Shown piece after piece: positions 49,101 to 62,476 of a DNA stretch of 64,000 nucleotides. The stretch is taken from positions 16,726,795-16,790,794 of the forward strand of contig NC_092670.1 of assembly GCF_964355755.1 (NCBI RefSeq), in the 5' to 3' direction. Numbering within the stretch: position 1 is the stretch's first letter; each line of letters opens with the position of its first letter. Below the pieces are notes generated by a model that saw only the letters and a list, made by a program, of their open reading frames with translations, was not told the origin of the DNA and did no database searches. Both the position numbers and the translations under genes were made by a program. Source of the stretch: Antedon mediterranea (lineage: Eukaryota; Animalia; Echinodermata).

Positions 49101-52100
49101 GTATCAGGGGGATTACCACTTATCTGGTAGGACACTCATTAATATACTATTGGTAATCCTTGGCCACATGTGCCTAAAGACACACAATAAACTACTCACA
49201 CATTTTAATTGTTAATGCAAAATTATCTATATAGAAATTTCTCTGCCTCAATATAGTTTTTCATTTGTTTTTCTGCAGGGGAATTAGTACAACAGTTGAT
49301 CCTTTCTGGGATATATCATTAGACCTTGGCTCATCAGGCAGTCATTTTTTAAATCCAATTTCAGTAAATACATCGGTGCTCTCAAATGACAGTAATTCAT
49401 CTGGTAAGCAAGATTTGATCCACACATTAAATGTAATAATAATAATACAATCGGATAATATTTTAATACTGTATAAGAAATCAACAAAACTTTGTGAATA
49501 CCAGGACTACTATTTTCTCTCAACACATAATCCCTTGAGGAATATATAATAGTTCCCTCGACGGATGTCAAATTTTATGTTACACTCCACACTATTATAA
49601 AATACCTAAATAACATAAAGGAACTTTCTTGTCATTTTTCTTTAGGCTCTAGTTGTAACTGTATTGATGATTTCCCAAGTTTATTATCTCCGACAGGATT
49701 TGAAGATATTCCTACATCCCTTGACGATTGTCTTCGAAGGTAGGTTAACTATTTGGCTTTTCACCCATGACCAATTAAAATGCATTTGGGAAGCAGTAAC
49801 TCATGTGTTTGGTTTGTTTTTTAGACTTGCATAGATGGAGCACTTGACAAGCCAATGTGACTATTATCAGCATTATGTGTTTTGTTTACTTTTTCAGATT
49901 TACAAGGATAGAGCATTTAGGAAGAAAACAACTCATTTCAATATAATATATTATTGTTTTAATTTTTAGACGCACACAGATGAAGCATTTGGCAAGCTAA
50001 TATGTGTTCATGTTTACTTTTTCAGATTTACAAGGGCGGAGCATTTGGGAAGCAGTGCAAAGATTAAATGCAACTCATGTCAAAGTTATGAAGAATCAAC
50101 TAAGCAACTAACCATGAAGAAACTTCCAATTGTCGCATGTTTCCATCTTAAGGTAAACAATCATTATACCGTTGGTACAGTTTTCGTAAACACTTAACAT
50201 AGTACAGTGTTACATTACAATTTTGTATCTAAGAGCAGTTACCGAAAATATTTGAAATGTGTAGCTTTCAACTATTTGTGACAGTACAAAATAATCGTAC
50301 CTGATGTTATAAGAGGCATTAGTTTAAGCCATGTTAATTCCAGAATGCTTGAACCATTAATTAAGATACTTTACTCCCATTGCCAAATGAAACATAAAGT
50401 TGTTGTACACTAATAAAAAAAAATCATCTCTCGTTGTGCTGATCATGGTCCTGTACAGCGCCCTCTGGAAAAACATTCTTGAACTGAGAAGAGGTCATCT
50501 AGTATAAAGCTCTGTCTACACTATCTAATTTTATGTGACAGCAAAATGTGATGTGCCCATATATGGGCATGATGATGTCAAATCAATACTATATTTGGAT
50601 ATATCACTACCATATTTGGGCACACAGATAATGTAGGCACAGCTTTAGAGGCATTCGTTTCAAGAAACTGCACCCTCTGGAAGAAAATTCTGAAAGAGGA
50701 AAAATATCAAAAATATTTGTCTATTTCTTACAGAACTATATTACATTCTTTTTCAGAGATTTGAGCATAGTACCCGTTCCCGTAAGAAGATTAATACTTT
50801 TATTTCATTCCCTCATGAGCTTGATATGACTCCATACATGTCATCACACAGACGTTCTAATGGTCAACGTAATAATCTTAGGTCTAATATCGGTATATCA
50901 CCAACTAATAATAAGTAAGTGTGAAATATTTTCGTGTCTGATATTCAGGTCAGTGTTATTGTTATTCTTCTTCAGTGTTGTGTATATTAGTGATGTGTTT
51001 TGTGATTTTTTTGCAATTCCTTATATTGGCTTTATGCTGAATATTCAGAGAAAGAGCTAGGGGTGCATGCTCCATCCGCCTTCTGAAATTAATCTATTTT
51101 TGATACACTATTAATATACTATTAATATAATATGTTAATCCTGGATCCACCCATGGGAGTTGTATTGTTTAATCAATCGTTCAAAGTGCCACTCCAACAA
51201 TGATTGCTCATAGCGCTGTCAAAAACAAACAAGTGAGTTTTTAGAAGTTACTTAAAACTAGAATCATTAAAGTTATTTTATACTGAGATTTGGAATTTTT
51301 TTTACTGCAACTTGTTATCATTACTGTCATTTTGTGTCATTATCTTGTAGGTACTGTTTGTTTGCAGTTGTCAACCACATTGGTACACTAGAATCAGGAC
51401 ATTATACATGTTTTATTAGACAACACAAAGATCAGTGGTTTAAATGTGATGATGCCGTTATCACTAGAGCTACACTCGGTGAAGTTCTAGATAGTGAAGG
51501 GTATTTTATTTACATTTATTTGAGATATCGAACCAGGCTTCTGATCCATTTTGAATGTTGGGGGCGACACCAGCGATTTGAGAAAAATACCTAAAAAATG
51601 GTTTCTGACCATGATAGGGACAATATATTTCCCCCCAACCCACCTTTATAAAGGGTCTTTCAAACCTGTTCCGGCACGGTTTCGGTACGGCGACTCGAAC
51701 GTCAATGTTTCGTTTTCATGACTTCATGCGGCTATGCACAAAACATTGACGTTCGTTTGGTTTGCCTTCACCGGACCGGAACCGTGCTGGAGCAGGTGTG
51801 AAAGGCCCTTTAGGGAAGGGAAGTAGATGAAATCCCCTAAGATATTTGCTAGTTATATAACCGAGTCAATTCCGTTGATACTTTTCAACGATAGTAACAA
51901 TCTAAACAAGAAATATTTCTTACAAAAAACGCTGCTCGCTTATTGACGTAACCGTTTTAAAGATAATATTGTCCCTCTGAAAAATATTTTTTATTTCAAA
52001 TTTGTTTTTGAATGTGTCATTTTATTGTCACATAATAGTTATTTTACCTGAAAAAATGTAATTAAAAGCAAAAAATACTTCAATTGTCTGTCAGACAATG

Positions 52101-52623
52101 TGGTTTTTGAGTTATAATTAAACGTTTCTTTTCTCTTTCTATAATGTGAATTTTGTTACAGAAGTGAATAACTTTGATATGAAACAGACTCAGTTTAGTT
52201 TATTTTATTGCTAAGGTCAAGTCTGGGGGTCACTTCATCACGCCTTAGATACTTCAAGTGTGAAGTATCATATTACAAACAAAAGTTTTCATGGACTGTT
52301 TTGATAATAATTCAATGATTATCTGACAGCGAAATACAGTATTATCATGGGACTCATAAATACCAGAAATGCAGCTGCTACCTATAAATTATAGTGGAGT
52401 TTCCATTTTAACAAAAATGTCAAAGTGTAGTACTATAACTGCTGCTTGATTTCATCTAATTAATGAGTCATCTCGTGTGACGTAGCGGGCTAGAGCAACA
52501 GCGTGAAAAATTTTACTTGTATCCCTCAAATGACATTTAAATAGACACTGAAGCAACATTCAAATTATTTTTCTCAACAGATATCTACTATTCTACCATA
52601 AGCAGATTCTGGAATATCAATAG
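46134..52623 (+). CDS. USP22: Ubiquitin carboxyl-terminal hydrolase 22 (SAGA deubiquitinase, USP22/nonstop family)
   Basis: 13 exons: 46134-46253, 46588-46720, 46931-47029, 47293-47409, 47579-47748, 48033-48180, 48469-48571, 49279-49403, 49646 (or 49697)-49739, 50026-50152, 50757-50914, 51351-51500, 52581-52623; 511 or 528 aa. ZnF-UBP ([13 protein letters not shown]...HIHDH), Cys box [46 protein letters not shown], His box [14 protein letters not shown], end [14 protein letters not shown]. Confidence 0.95.
51649..51812. mobile_element. MITE with long imperfect TIRs
   Basis: TAAAGGGTCTTTCAAACCTGTTCCGGCACGGTT...AACCGTGCTGGAGCAGGTGTGAAAGGCCCTTTA. Confidence 0.75.
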
Positions 52624-54429
52624 ACCTCAGCAGTGAAACAGATCATGAAGTACAGCAAGTACAAGTAATAGATATTGCTATGTGTATAAGGTGTTACTTA
52701 TTATTAGAATATAATCCAACGTTGAATGGAACCATAATGGTCAACATGTTATCAAACCTCAGACTGTACTGTACAAACAGTTGAGGTGATTCAAAGGGTC
52801 CAAAATGGTAGAGTTTGGTGTATGGTCGCATTCAATGAGAAGTTTAATATTAAATTAGGTTCTTTAGACATGGCTTAAGAATTTAATAATCAGGGAATAA
52901 GATGGGCATGTCTAATTAGAAACTGATAAATATGAAATGAATATAATTATTTATTAAACAAACTGAAAATGTATTTAATGACATATATTTTTAATTCATA
53001 TTTATAATTCTTTGCGAACTTGTTTTGAAGGTCTTAGAGTAGTAAGCAGAGAGTGTATTATTACAATAATGTCAATATAGTATTACAGTCCTTTATATTT
53101 ATCCATGTAGAGGAGGTTTAATATTAGATGAACGTTGTTGGGGAACCCGATTGGTGCTTTTACTTACACTTTAGTTTATTAAATAATAAATAAAAAAGTA
53201 TTTAAAAAAATCAACTGTATTTATAAATACTAAAATTATTACTTTTTTATAATAGAATTGTATGTATTATTATAGAACTGTTAATTAATAAGTAGTTGAT
53301 ATATTTATTAGGATCAGTATGCGGCCAATAATTTCATTAAGAAAGCATTTTTGTATAATTTTCGTATGTAGACAAATAAGCATTTTATGCGTTAATAACT
53401 AACCTCTGAGCTGGTGGCACAGAGGCTGTTATTATACAGTATCATACAGTAATTGAAATTGACAAAATCATCATCATCTTTCTCCAATGGTTAGTAGATT
53501 AGAGTAACGAGTTGAATATCATAATAATTACTCCTTGCTTCAATCCGGTGGATAGTTGTGTGCGCCGGACAAGTGTGTCTATTCTGACAGTTAAATTTTC
53601 ATAATTGTAATATTATATTGCGATAATACTTTCTTAATACATAATAATATATATATATTGGTACATAACCTCTCTATTGGGACACCCCTAGTACTGGGAC
53701 ACTTTCCCATGAAACAGGGGCAATGTATGAATTAACACTACCAACCCAGTTCAGTGAACACTTTACTTGGTGTCCCCTTAATAGAGGCTCTACTGTTTTA
53801 TTATTAGTATTATTTATACATATTTTCGTTTGTACCTTGTCAAATAAAGCAGTCGATAAAGCATCAGGACTAAGGCTGTATTTAAACAAAAATTTTAGCA
53901 ATCAAAAGAGTTTTGTTGGTCTATATTGTTTTTTAAAATATCAATATGAATAATTTGATATTTTTGTGAGAGTAAAATGCATCAAATATTAAAATAACAA
54001 ATATTTCTGGTTTACAGAGACATGGGAATATAATATTATGCTATATATTTCAATAGATTTTGCTACAATCTGCAGTTTTAGTTTATAAAAAAGAAATTTA
54101 ATTTTTAGAAATGATAAAGAGGTATTTCAGAAATCCTCAAAAAACAAATGATGCTTAGTAGTGGTAACTGGCTGGCCTTTTTACTTAAAATAGATTTCAT
54201 ATTTTCAATAGCTATTTATGATAAGATGTAAGTGTATAGAGGGCGACATTGTCCTTAAAATATTCGAAACATCATTTAAAAAGTTGAGTAATTTCTGTAT
54301 AAGTGACATTATGTCGTTGGGTATGCAAACGGCGCTGTTAATATAGTGAAATAAATATTAATTTTTTTCAGTTCTGCTATTAATTATTATAGTGTGAAAC
54401 TGATTACAGGATACAGGGATTATGTCATG

Positions 54430-54982
54430 TCAAGTAGCCAGTTATGTCAAAAAATAAAATAAAAACATATATACAGATAAAAATGATTTCCCTGTATATA
54501 GTGCTGTACAGGGATATTTTCAAAAAATCGCTAAAATATGGTTTTCGACCCGTTTATTTTTTGACATAACTGGTTACTATATACTATATCATAATTAACA
54601 TGCGCCGAAACACATTATGTGTTCTGCGCATATATTTACTTCAATATTCAATATGTTGAGGTAACTTATGTTCTGAGCATGTCAATTATGATATAGTAAA
54701 GGGTCGAAAATTGGTACATTCAATTATGCAATAATATTGCATAGTAACCAGTTATTTAAAAAAATAAAAGGGTGGAAATTTGGTCATTTTTCAACAATTT
54801 CCCTGTACTATAGTACAGGGATTTTTTCAAAATTGACTTCTTAAATTTAATTATTATGTAATAATATTGCCATATATGTGCATATATTGTGTTATCATCA
54901 TCTTATAGAGTCATAGTAACCAGTTATTAAAAAAAATAAAAGGGTCAAAATTTGGTCATTTTTCGACAATTTCCCTGTACCA
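54430..54982. repeat. Mixed inverted/direct repeat cluster between the USP22 and MRPL27 3' ends, probable transposon remnant
   Basis: GTA(A/G)CCAGTTAT..AAAAAATAAAA forward at ~54433, 54743 and 54916, and inverted at ~54553-54577. Confidence 0.65.
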
Positions 54983-55121
54983 AATAACCAAAAATAAAAC
55001 AAAACTTGCCCATTAAAAAAAAAGCACCACAGATGACTATAATCAGCACGATCATTATTTATATCTACGCTTCTCATAATTGTACTTGTAGCAATTTTTT
55101 AATAGTTCAGATTTATAAATG

Positions 55122-56523
55122 TTACACTTGTTCAATGAGTTTAAATCGTCCAACTTGTGGTTCTGGCTGAATGTGTACGAATGTTTTAAGCATGCGCTCT
55201 TCAGGTAACGTTGGCGCTACATCTCGTGTAAAATCATCCACTGGTGCTGGGATCCACTGTTCTCGTGTGAAGAACACATATCCAGGTTCCATTGCATATA
55301 ATGTTCTGTCACGCCCTGTTCCAACCTGCAAAGAAAAATTTATTTTAAGACGATTAAAAAAGACTAGGATGATCAGAGTGTGTGGTTGTGTGAAAATTGA
55401 TCTGTTGTGGAAGGCATTAAAACATGTTATGCTGGGTATAATTCATTTTGGCTGCACATTGTATCCAAGTTGTTAATGTGTACTTACATATTGCCCTGGT
55501 AACCATCGATAAGCACCCTTTTGCCGCACCAGTATCATCCCAACTTGCACAAATTCTCCTGTAACAAAATACAATTGAAATAACTCTGAAACTTTTGAAG
55601 ATAAGATACCCTATTTATTCGAATACACACTGTTAAATAAACATGATCCCCACCCACGAAAGAACATCATTTGGAATTAAATGTATATACACATTCAATA
55701 TTTCATCACAACACACCAAACTATTTAAAGTATTTTTATACAAGAAGTTTCATTGTATTTTATTGATAATAATTGTGTTTTATATATAGGGGGCATTATT
55801 TTGTACATGTTACCATACACACCAAAACAAAATAAAAGTCTCCCTCAAATAAACACTAAACCAATGGTGGTTTTCTTTGTTACTTACCATCACGTTTTTT
55901 TAAGCCGAGACGTTTTCCTCTTCTTTTTCCTCCTGTATTTCTTTTGCTGCTACTTGCTTTTTTTGATGCACATCTTGCCGGTAATACCATTGATGCTGGC
56001 GGCAATATATGCCTACATGTTTGTTGTAATATAGAATTAACTAGTAAACCTAAATGTTAAGAAAGAATGAAGAAATATTGTTTCAAATTAATTTATTAAA
56101 TTTCAGTATATAAATATATCACAGGGCGGTTTAGAATTCATGTTCTGTGTTGATTTGCGTTTATATAAATATATACATATTTATATACAAATAACCAAGC
56201 TATTTCATATACTGTATGACCAAATACAAAATCTGATTTAAGCTAGGCCGCTGGTCTAAGCCTTGATGGTCCGCTCACATCCCTAGCTCAGGAGATGAGC
56301 TCACTCAGTCAGTACAGAAAGTCACGCCGACAAATCCAGACAGGCCTAGCCCATACTTAATATTAGAGGTCAAATTAGCATCAGATTCGGATTACTTAAA
56401 GTTTACAACTTTCTCCATTTGAAAATTAAAATGTAATGAAACCATTATAATATTTAATTCTACAAATTAATTACCTTTTCCAATAGAAAATACATTTCTA
56501 AGGTGATTTGATATAGCCAGCAT
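55122..56523 (-). CDS. MRPL27: Mitochondrial ribosomal protein L27 (bL27m)
   Basis: 4 exons: 56523-56475, 56049-55888, 55558-55488, 55325-55122; 161 aa. Presequence-like N-terminus, then ASKKASSSKRNTGGKRRGKRLGLKKRDGEFVQVGMILVRQ...PGQYVGTGRDRTLYAMEPG (L27 signature). Confidence 0.92.
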
Positions 56524-57554
56524 TGTGTATTTTAATAAAAAAAAGATGAGAGCGCCATCAACGGCTATCAAGAGTTTTTTGTTTGGTTGTTTGTTGATAT
56601 AATCAAAGAATATATATAACAAGAATGAGTAATCCGCGATTTTTCCTGTAACAGTAATATTGTCCATGTGGTAGGGCGCCGCCATAAGTGTGGATGTATC
56701 TGGGATGTATACAACTTTTTGTGACGGTTTCAATAATCAAAGGCTAGACCACCGGTAGTATTTTCATGATAAAAAATGTTATCAACTACATGCCAACTTC
56801 ATGTTAAATACTATTTGGATATTTAATTGTTCGTTTTATGAAATTTATTTAGTAAAAACTGCCGTATAAACAGTTTGCTTTATCAACCGGGCGCTACGAT
56901 AGCGTGACCGGGCGTGTTGGTGTTTACGCGTTTTCACGAAGGATTGTTTAATAATATTCCTATATTTAACTTGTTTCTGGTAAAACAAATAAATGTTAAT
57001 AACATTTAACATTTTGTCCTATTAATAACATGTATTTTATACTAATTTATATCATAAAAACAATACTTAATTTACCGGGCGTAGAGTAGTACACGGCAAT
57101 GGTAAAGAATAGGCCGTGCTGAGTAAACGATTCATTGATTTTTGGTGTTGCTGTGTTAGGCCTTTTTTGTGAACTAACTTAGGATGTTAGTAAATAATTG
57201 TCTGTAAAAGTGAATGTACACTAGTTTGTTAATAAATATGTATTATAAAATAGTTTAAAATTGCAAAAACTATTATCATAATTCTATTTAATGTGACATG
57301 TATAATATCTATTAAATCAAGTCTTATTTAGTATGTATACATCCGCCCTTATGAGGGCGGGCATCACTCACTGGAGCTCTCTGTTACAAATTTCTCATGC
57401 AAAAATCGCGGAATACTCATTCTTGTGATATATATTCTTTGATATAATGTTTTCATCACGAGTTTCCTTCCGATATGTGTCAATAATTGAGGCCTAGCCT
57501 TGGCCTATTTCTTTATTGTTTAAAACATAACAACATATACTTTATACAGTAACC
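56524..57554. promoter_or_regulatory. Probable bidirectional promoter of MRPL27 and MFSD11
   Basis: Head-to-head start codons ~1 kb apart, locally CpG-enriched. YY1-like GCCGCCAT at ~56678 and GC-box-like CCGCCC/GGGCGG at ~57343-57360. Confidence 0.6.
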
Positions 57555-60500
57555 ATGGCATTGGTTTTTGATGTTCATTTGTTCAATGTGATAATTCTCG
57601 GGCTAGCATTCATGTTTCTGTTTACAGCGTTCCAGACGAGTTCAATGATTGAAGTAAGTTCACATCATAATTCCTTCTGACTCGCTGTCCGCCAAGGTTG
57701 GTTGGTCAAGTCTGCAGCGGGTCAGGATCCTTCTTCGAAGTGGCACAGTGTCGTTTTAGACTAGGCCTAGCCTCAACATGCGATAATCAGCCTTACATAC
57801 ACAATGGCCCAATGGGTATTCGCCAGATTAGTAGTACAAATCATGGAACTGTGAATTAGTATCCTTATATACTGTAATTATATTTACATTTTAATGTAAA
57901 AGAAAAGTGACTGTAGGCCTAACCCTAGCTAGTAGGCCTAGCCTAGTAGTAGCTAGGGCCAGGCCCTATCTATAGGCTAGGTCTAGTGAAGAATAGAATC
58001 CAGTGAGTGGTGGCTAGTGGGGAGAGGTATAGTAGAGCGTTTATTATTGACTGTATCATATGTATGACATGTACGTCTATAATAGTGTAACGTTTTTTTT
58101 TGCAAACTTCCACACTTTGTGAAACTTGCTCCTTCAGTCTGTATTTTTAAATCACGACTGAAAGCCCATCTGTTCTCATCTGGTATTAATTAACTTATTC
58201 ATTCATTCATTCCATCCCCGAAACCTTGACTCAGAAATACCGGGATGGTGTCCGGCGGGGGATAGTTTTACCTTAGTTAAGCATAGTTACATTCTTTCAC
58301 ATTATTGATCGTTTCCATCCCCGAAACCTCGGCTAAGAAATACCGGAATGGTGTCCGGTGGGGGATAGTTTATTACCATTAGTTAGGGTGTAATGTAAAG
58401 CACCAAGAGGGGTCAGTGATCCATAAGGCGCTATATAAATATTGTTTATTATTATTATTATTTTTGGATGGTTGAAATTTCCAATAGATAAATTAGTTAG
58501 TCTGGGAGTTATCGACAAGGTTGATTAATGATTTACACACAAACAAATACAAAACAAAAAATGTTGTTCGTTTGCAGGAAACGGTAATCAATTCAGTAGA
58601 TGCAGAGACACTCAACAAGACAGGGCATCACTTCAAAGCCACTGGCTACTACAGCTTATCCATTATTTATGCAACATTTGCAGCTGCTAACTGGATAGCG
58701 CCATCTGTAGTGGCGATGATTGGTCCAAGATTCTCAATGTTTTCTGGGGGAATCATCTATACACTTTTTATCTTGAGCTTCATCAAACCAATGGTGTGGA
58801 GTCTTTATACTGGCTCAGTGTTACTAGGATTCGCAGCTGCAGGTCTGACACACATTAAACATTTTTAAAAATAAACAGACACCCATTCAGATAAATGCTT
58901 TGTGTTCGTGACATATAACTAATAGGAATTTTGATGTCAAGTAACTAGTACCCATACCGATATTTAAATATAGAAATATACAAAGCAATTAAACAATTAG
59001 ACAATTGACTTTTAGAATATCAATTAAATTGGTATTTTATAAAAACAATATTTTATTGCCAAAAAAGCATAAAAAAATATCTACAGTAGTATGTTTAACC
59101 CCCTCTACAAATGAAAGACAAAAAAAAAGACTGCAACATTTTTTTTTCTCAAGTTACAGTTGTTTTATGAATACATTTCTAGAGCTAAGACTTTGGATAA
59201 ATAAAATGTATTATTTCTAATCATTTATTAAATCTTCGTTGTAGTTCTGTGGACTGCGCAAGGCAACTATCTCACAATCAATTCCAATTCAGATACTATG
59301 GCTCGCAACAGTGGTATATTTTGGGCACTACTGCAGTGTAGTCTCTTTTTCGGAAATATCTTCATCTACTTTGAGTGGCAGGGAAAAGAAACAATAGAAG
59401 GTAAAGCTTAGCTGATTATACAAATTCAGCATTCAATTATATTGACAGATTTCAATATTTTATAATTTCATTCTTTTTGTTTTACAGATAGTACACGTGT
59501 TACTGTGTATACAGTTTTAACAGTACTGGCCGCTATTGGGGTTGCACTCTTTCTTTTATTGCGAGACAAGCGACCAGAAGACACAGATAATTTATTATCA
59601 GTAAATTCTAGGTAAAAATCAACATTAGTGAAAACGTTCATCTGGATTTATAGATTGTATCGATTTCTTTTTGATGATTCAATAAAAACTATCTGGATAA
59701 AAGCGAAAGCTTAAGAATCAAATGTACTGTAGGTGTATAGTTTTTATTATCATAGTTTTTTATTGGATGATTAATAAAAAATCAAAAATCTTTTTGTAAA
59801 CAATTCGAGATCTAAAAATACAATGTGTTTGTAAAATAAATTGTTTTTCTAAACAACTAGGTGTCTATTTATTAACTTTTTTTTTTTTTTTTCAGTGTAA
59901 ATCGTGTAGAAAAGCCTTGGAATGCACTGGGTAAGCAACTTACAAAAAGTAAATTACAGTTTAAAACACCTTATTCTGGATACTGTATATACTTTTTTCT
60001 GCAGTATCATAGGAACATTCTGTAATACAGCAATATATTGCCTATAGTATCATTGACCATAACCTAACCTCACAATTTGTATTACCAATTTGTCTTCTGA
60101 TATTGAGCAAAACATTGACATATGTGGAGGTAAAACACTGAGAATCAGTGACCGTATTCACCAATCACACTTTAAGTGAGATATTTACTTAGAATTTTAA
60201 GTATTTCATTTAACTCAATAAATTTGCCTTAAATTTTATTCACTTAGATAGGAGATTTTTTTAATTTTAAGGATGTTTTCCTTAGCCTAAGTGTGAATGG
60301 TGACTACAGCCACTGGTGTTTAGATGGTAAACAAATGCTTGTAATGAAACTTACAATAATAACTATATTTGTTGTTTCAGTGAGATCTTTCCAACTGTTT
60401 TGTACCAAAGAACTACTGCTACTAAGTGTTTGCTTCTTTTACACGGGTAAGGCAGAGAAAATAATAACTATAATTTATACTAAAAATCAACACATAAAAA

Positions 60501-62476
60501 TAATAATATATGTAAAAACATAACAATTTCAAATACAAACAACAAGGAAGAGCTAAATATAAATATGTAAATCAAAATATGCAAAGTAAATAAATATGTA
60601 AAGTAATAATGATTTCAAATATGCATACAAATAGTGCAGAATATTTTTAGAATATATTTTTTTTGTAATTTACACGGGTAAGAAAATAATAACTAAAATT
60701 TAAACTAAAAATCAACAAATAAAAATAATAATATATGTAAATCCATAAAAATTTTAAATACAAATACAATCAAAATATGCAAAGCAAATAAATATGTAAA
60801 GCAATAATATTTCAAATATGCATACAAATAGTGCAGAATATTTTTAGAATAGATTTTTTTTGTAATTTTAACTTGATTTATATAATATAAAATTGTAGGT
60901 GTTGAGATGACATTTTTTAGCGGTGTTTATGGGACATGCATTGGCAATGTTGCATTCTGGGGTGAAAAGGCTAAAGGTTACATTGGACTAACCGGTACTC
61001 TGATTGGTTGTGGAGAGATCATCGGAGGCGCTACATTTGGAATTTTGGGTTATAAAACCAACAAGCACGGTCGTGATCCTATAGTACTTCTAGGGTATAT
61101 CGTCCATATAATAGCTTTCTATATGATTCTGTTAAATATACCTGGAAATGCACCATTGCACAAGGCTGAAGATAATGCATACATTGAACCAAGGTACTAC
61201 TACTAACTACTTAATTGGACATTAACCACTTAGAAACATGAGAATATGCCCTTCCACTAATTGTGTTTGTCCCCGCCTGCGTGAAATCAAAGCTACGATG
61301 TTTGCAGCACTATTGCGTCGTTGGCTTTATAAGCATCCACAATGGACTCTACTGTTTATATTTAGCTAAGATTAAACAATAGATCGGAATCTCACTGACT
61401 ACTACTTATAAAAAGTTTAATTTTGAATGAATTGAAGGCATATAATAGGCATTATGTCACATTACATAAAGCTATCTAAATAAACAGTACATTGAAGGCC
61501 AAATTACACAGACGAGCAGTAACGGTAATAAAAATATAGAATCTATTGTTTTTGACCATTTACACAAAGCATAGAGTGGACGGGCAGTTTCTGCTGAGAG
61601 GATAGATACAGATTGTACTTGGGACAAGCTACATGATTTTTTGTCTACTGTTAATACTGCTTGTCTGTTCAAATTAGCATTAACCCCACCCACTTTATTA
61701 GGAGCCAAGAGTATTGTTAATCATGTTGTGTATATCCCCAGCTAGCTACAACATATTTTGCATTTCAGCATTGGTGTTGGCTTGTTGTGTGCTTTTCTGT
61801 TAGGATTCGGTGACAGCTGTTTCAATACACAAATCTATTCTATTCTTGGATACATGTTCCCAGAAGACAGTGCTCCAGCATTTGCACTTTTTAAATTTAC
61901 ACAGGTAATCTATGTGTATGCTCATCATGTAACAAAAGTGAATGTGAAATTTAATTTCCATCATAAAGTAACAGTCTATTTTTGTCCACAGTTTAACCTT
62001 TGACCTCTTGTTTACATAAGATAAGATAACTTTACTTCGTCCACAAAACAAGTGGAAATAATGGTGCTTGTCTCATACAAAGATAAAACATAACGGAAAA
62101 ACAAATATCAAACAATTCTATCCTAAAGTTATTAACATCAATATCAAGTCATAAAGTCAATAATAGACATCATATAATAGAATTATTTCACTTTACTATG
62201 CCACTGTTGAATTTTGCCCAGAAAAGTAATTAAATTAGCTCTTGGTAAAGTGTATGAACCAATGAACACCAACCCACAAGTTTACATCATTAAATTTGCA
62301 CCTTTGTTCTCTTCTAGTCTTTGGCCGCTGCTGCTGGGTTCTTCTACAGTAACCATCTTCAACTTGAATGGCAGTTGTTAATACTGGTGATATCCGGAAC
62401 TCTTGGAACGATCACTTTCTTTATGGTTGAAAGAATTGCCAGCGAGGCTTCAAGAACATGCTATCGCAAAATTTAA
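57555..62476 (+). CDS. MFSD11: UNC93-like MFS transporter MFSD11
   Basis: 9 exons: 57555-57653, 58578-58842, 59245-59400, 59488-59611, 59896-59930, 60381-60446, 60899-61193, 61769-61904, 62318-62476; 444 aa. Motifs LFNVIILGLAFMFLFTAFQT, LWTAQGNYLT, RNSGIFWALLQ, FFSGVYGTCIG, LLGFGDSCFNTQ, SAPAFALFKF. C-terminus YRKI* fits YxxPhi. Confidence 0.93.
58100..58460 (+). mobile_element. L2-like LINE 3' tail in MFSD11 intron 1
   Basis: LP...APSVCIFKSRLKAHLF, an internally duplicated CCATCCCCGAAACC segment, and a GCGCTATATAAAT-(TTA)n end. Confidence 0.7.
60438..60870 (+). repeat. ~231-bp tandem duplication that includes the MFSD11 exon-6 donor
   Basis: TTTACACGG|GTAAG at 60446 and again at 60677, each followed by homologous A-rich sequence. 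Confidence 0.85.
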
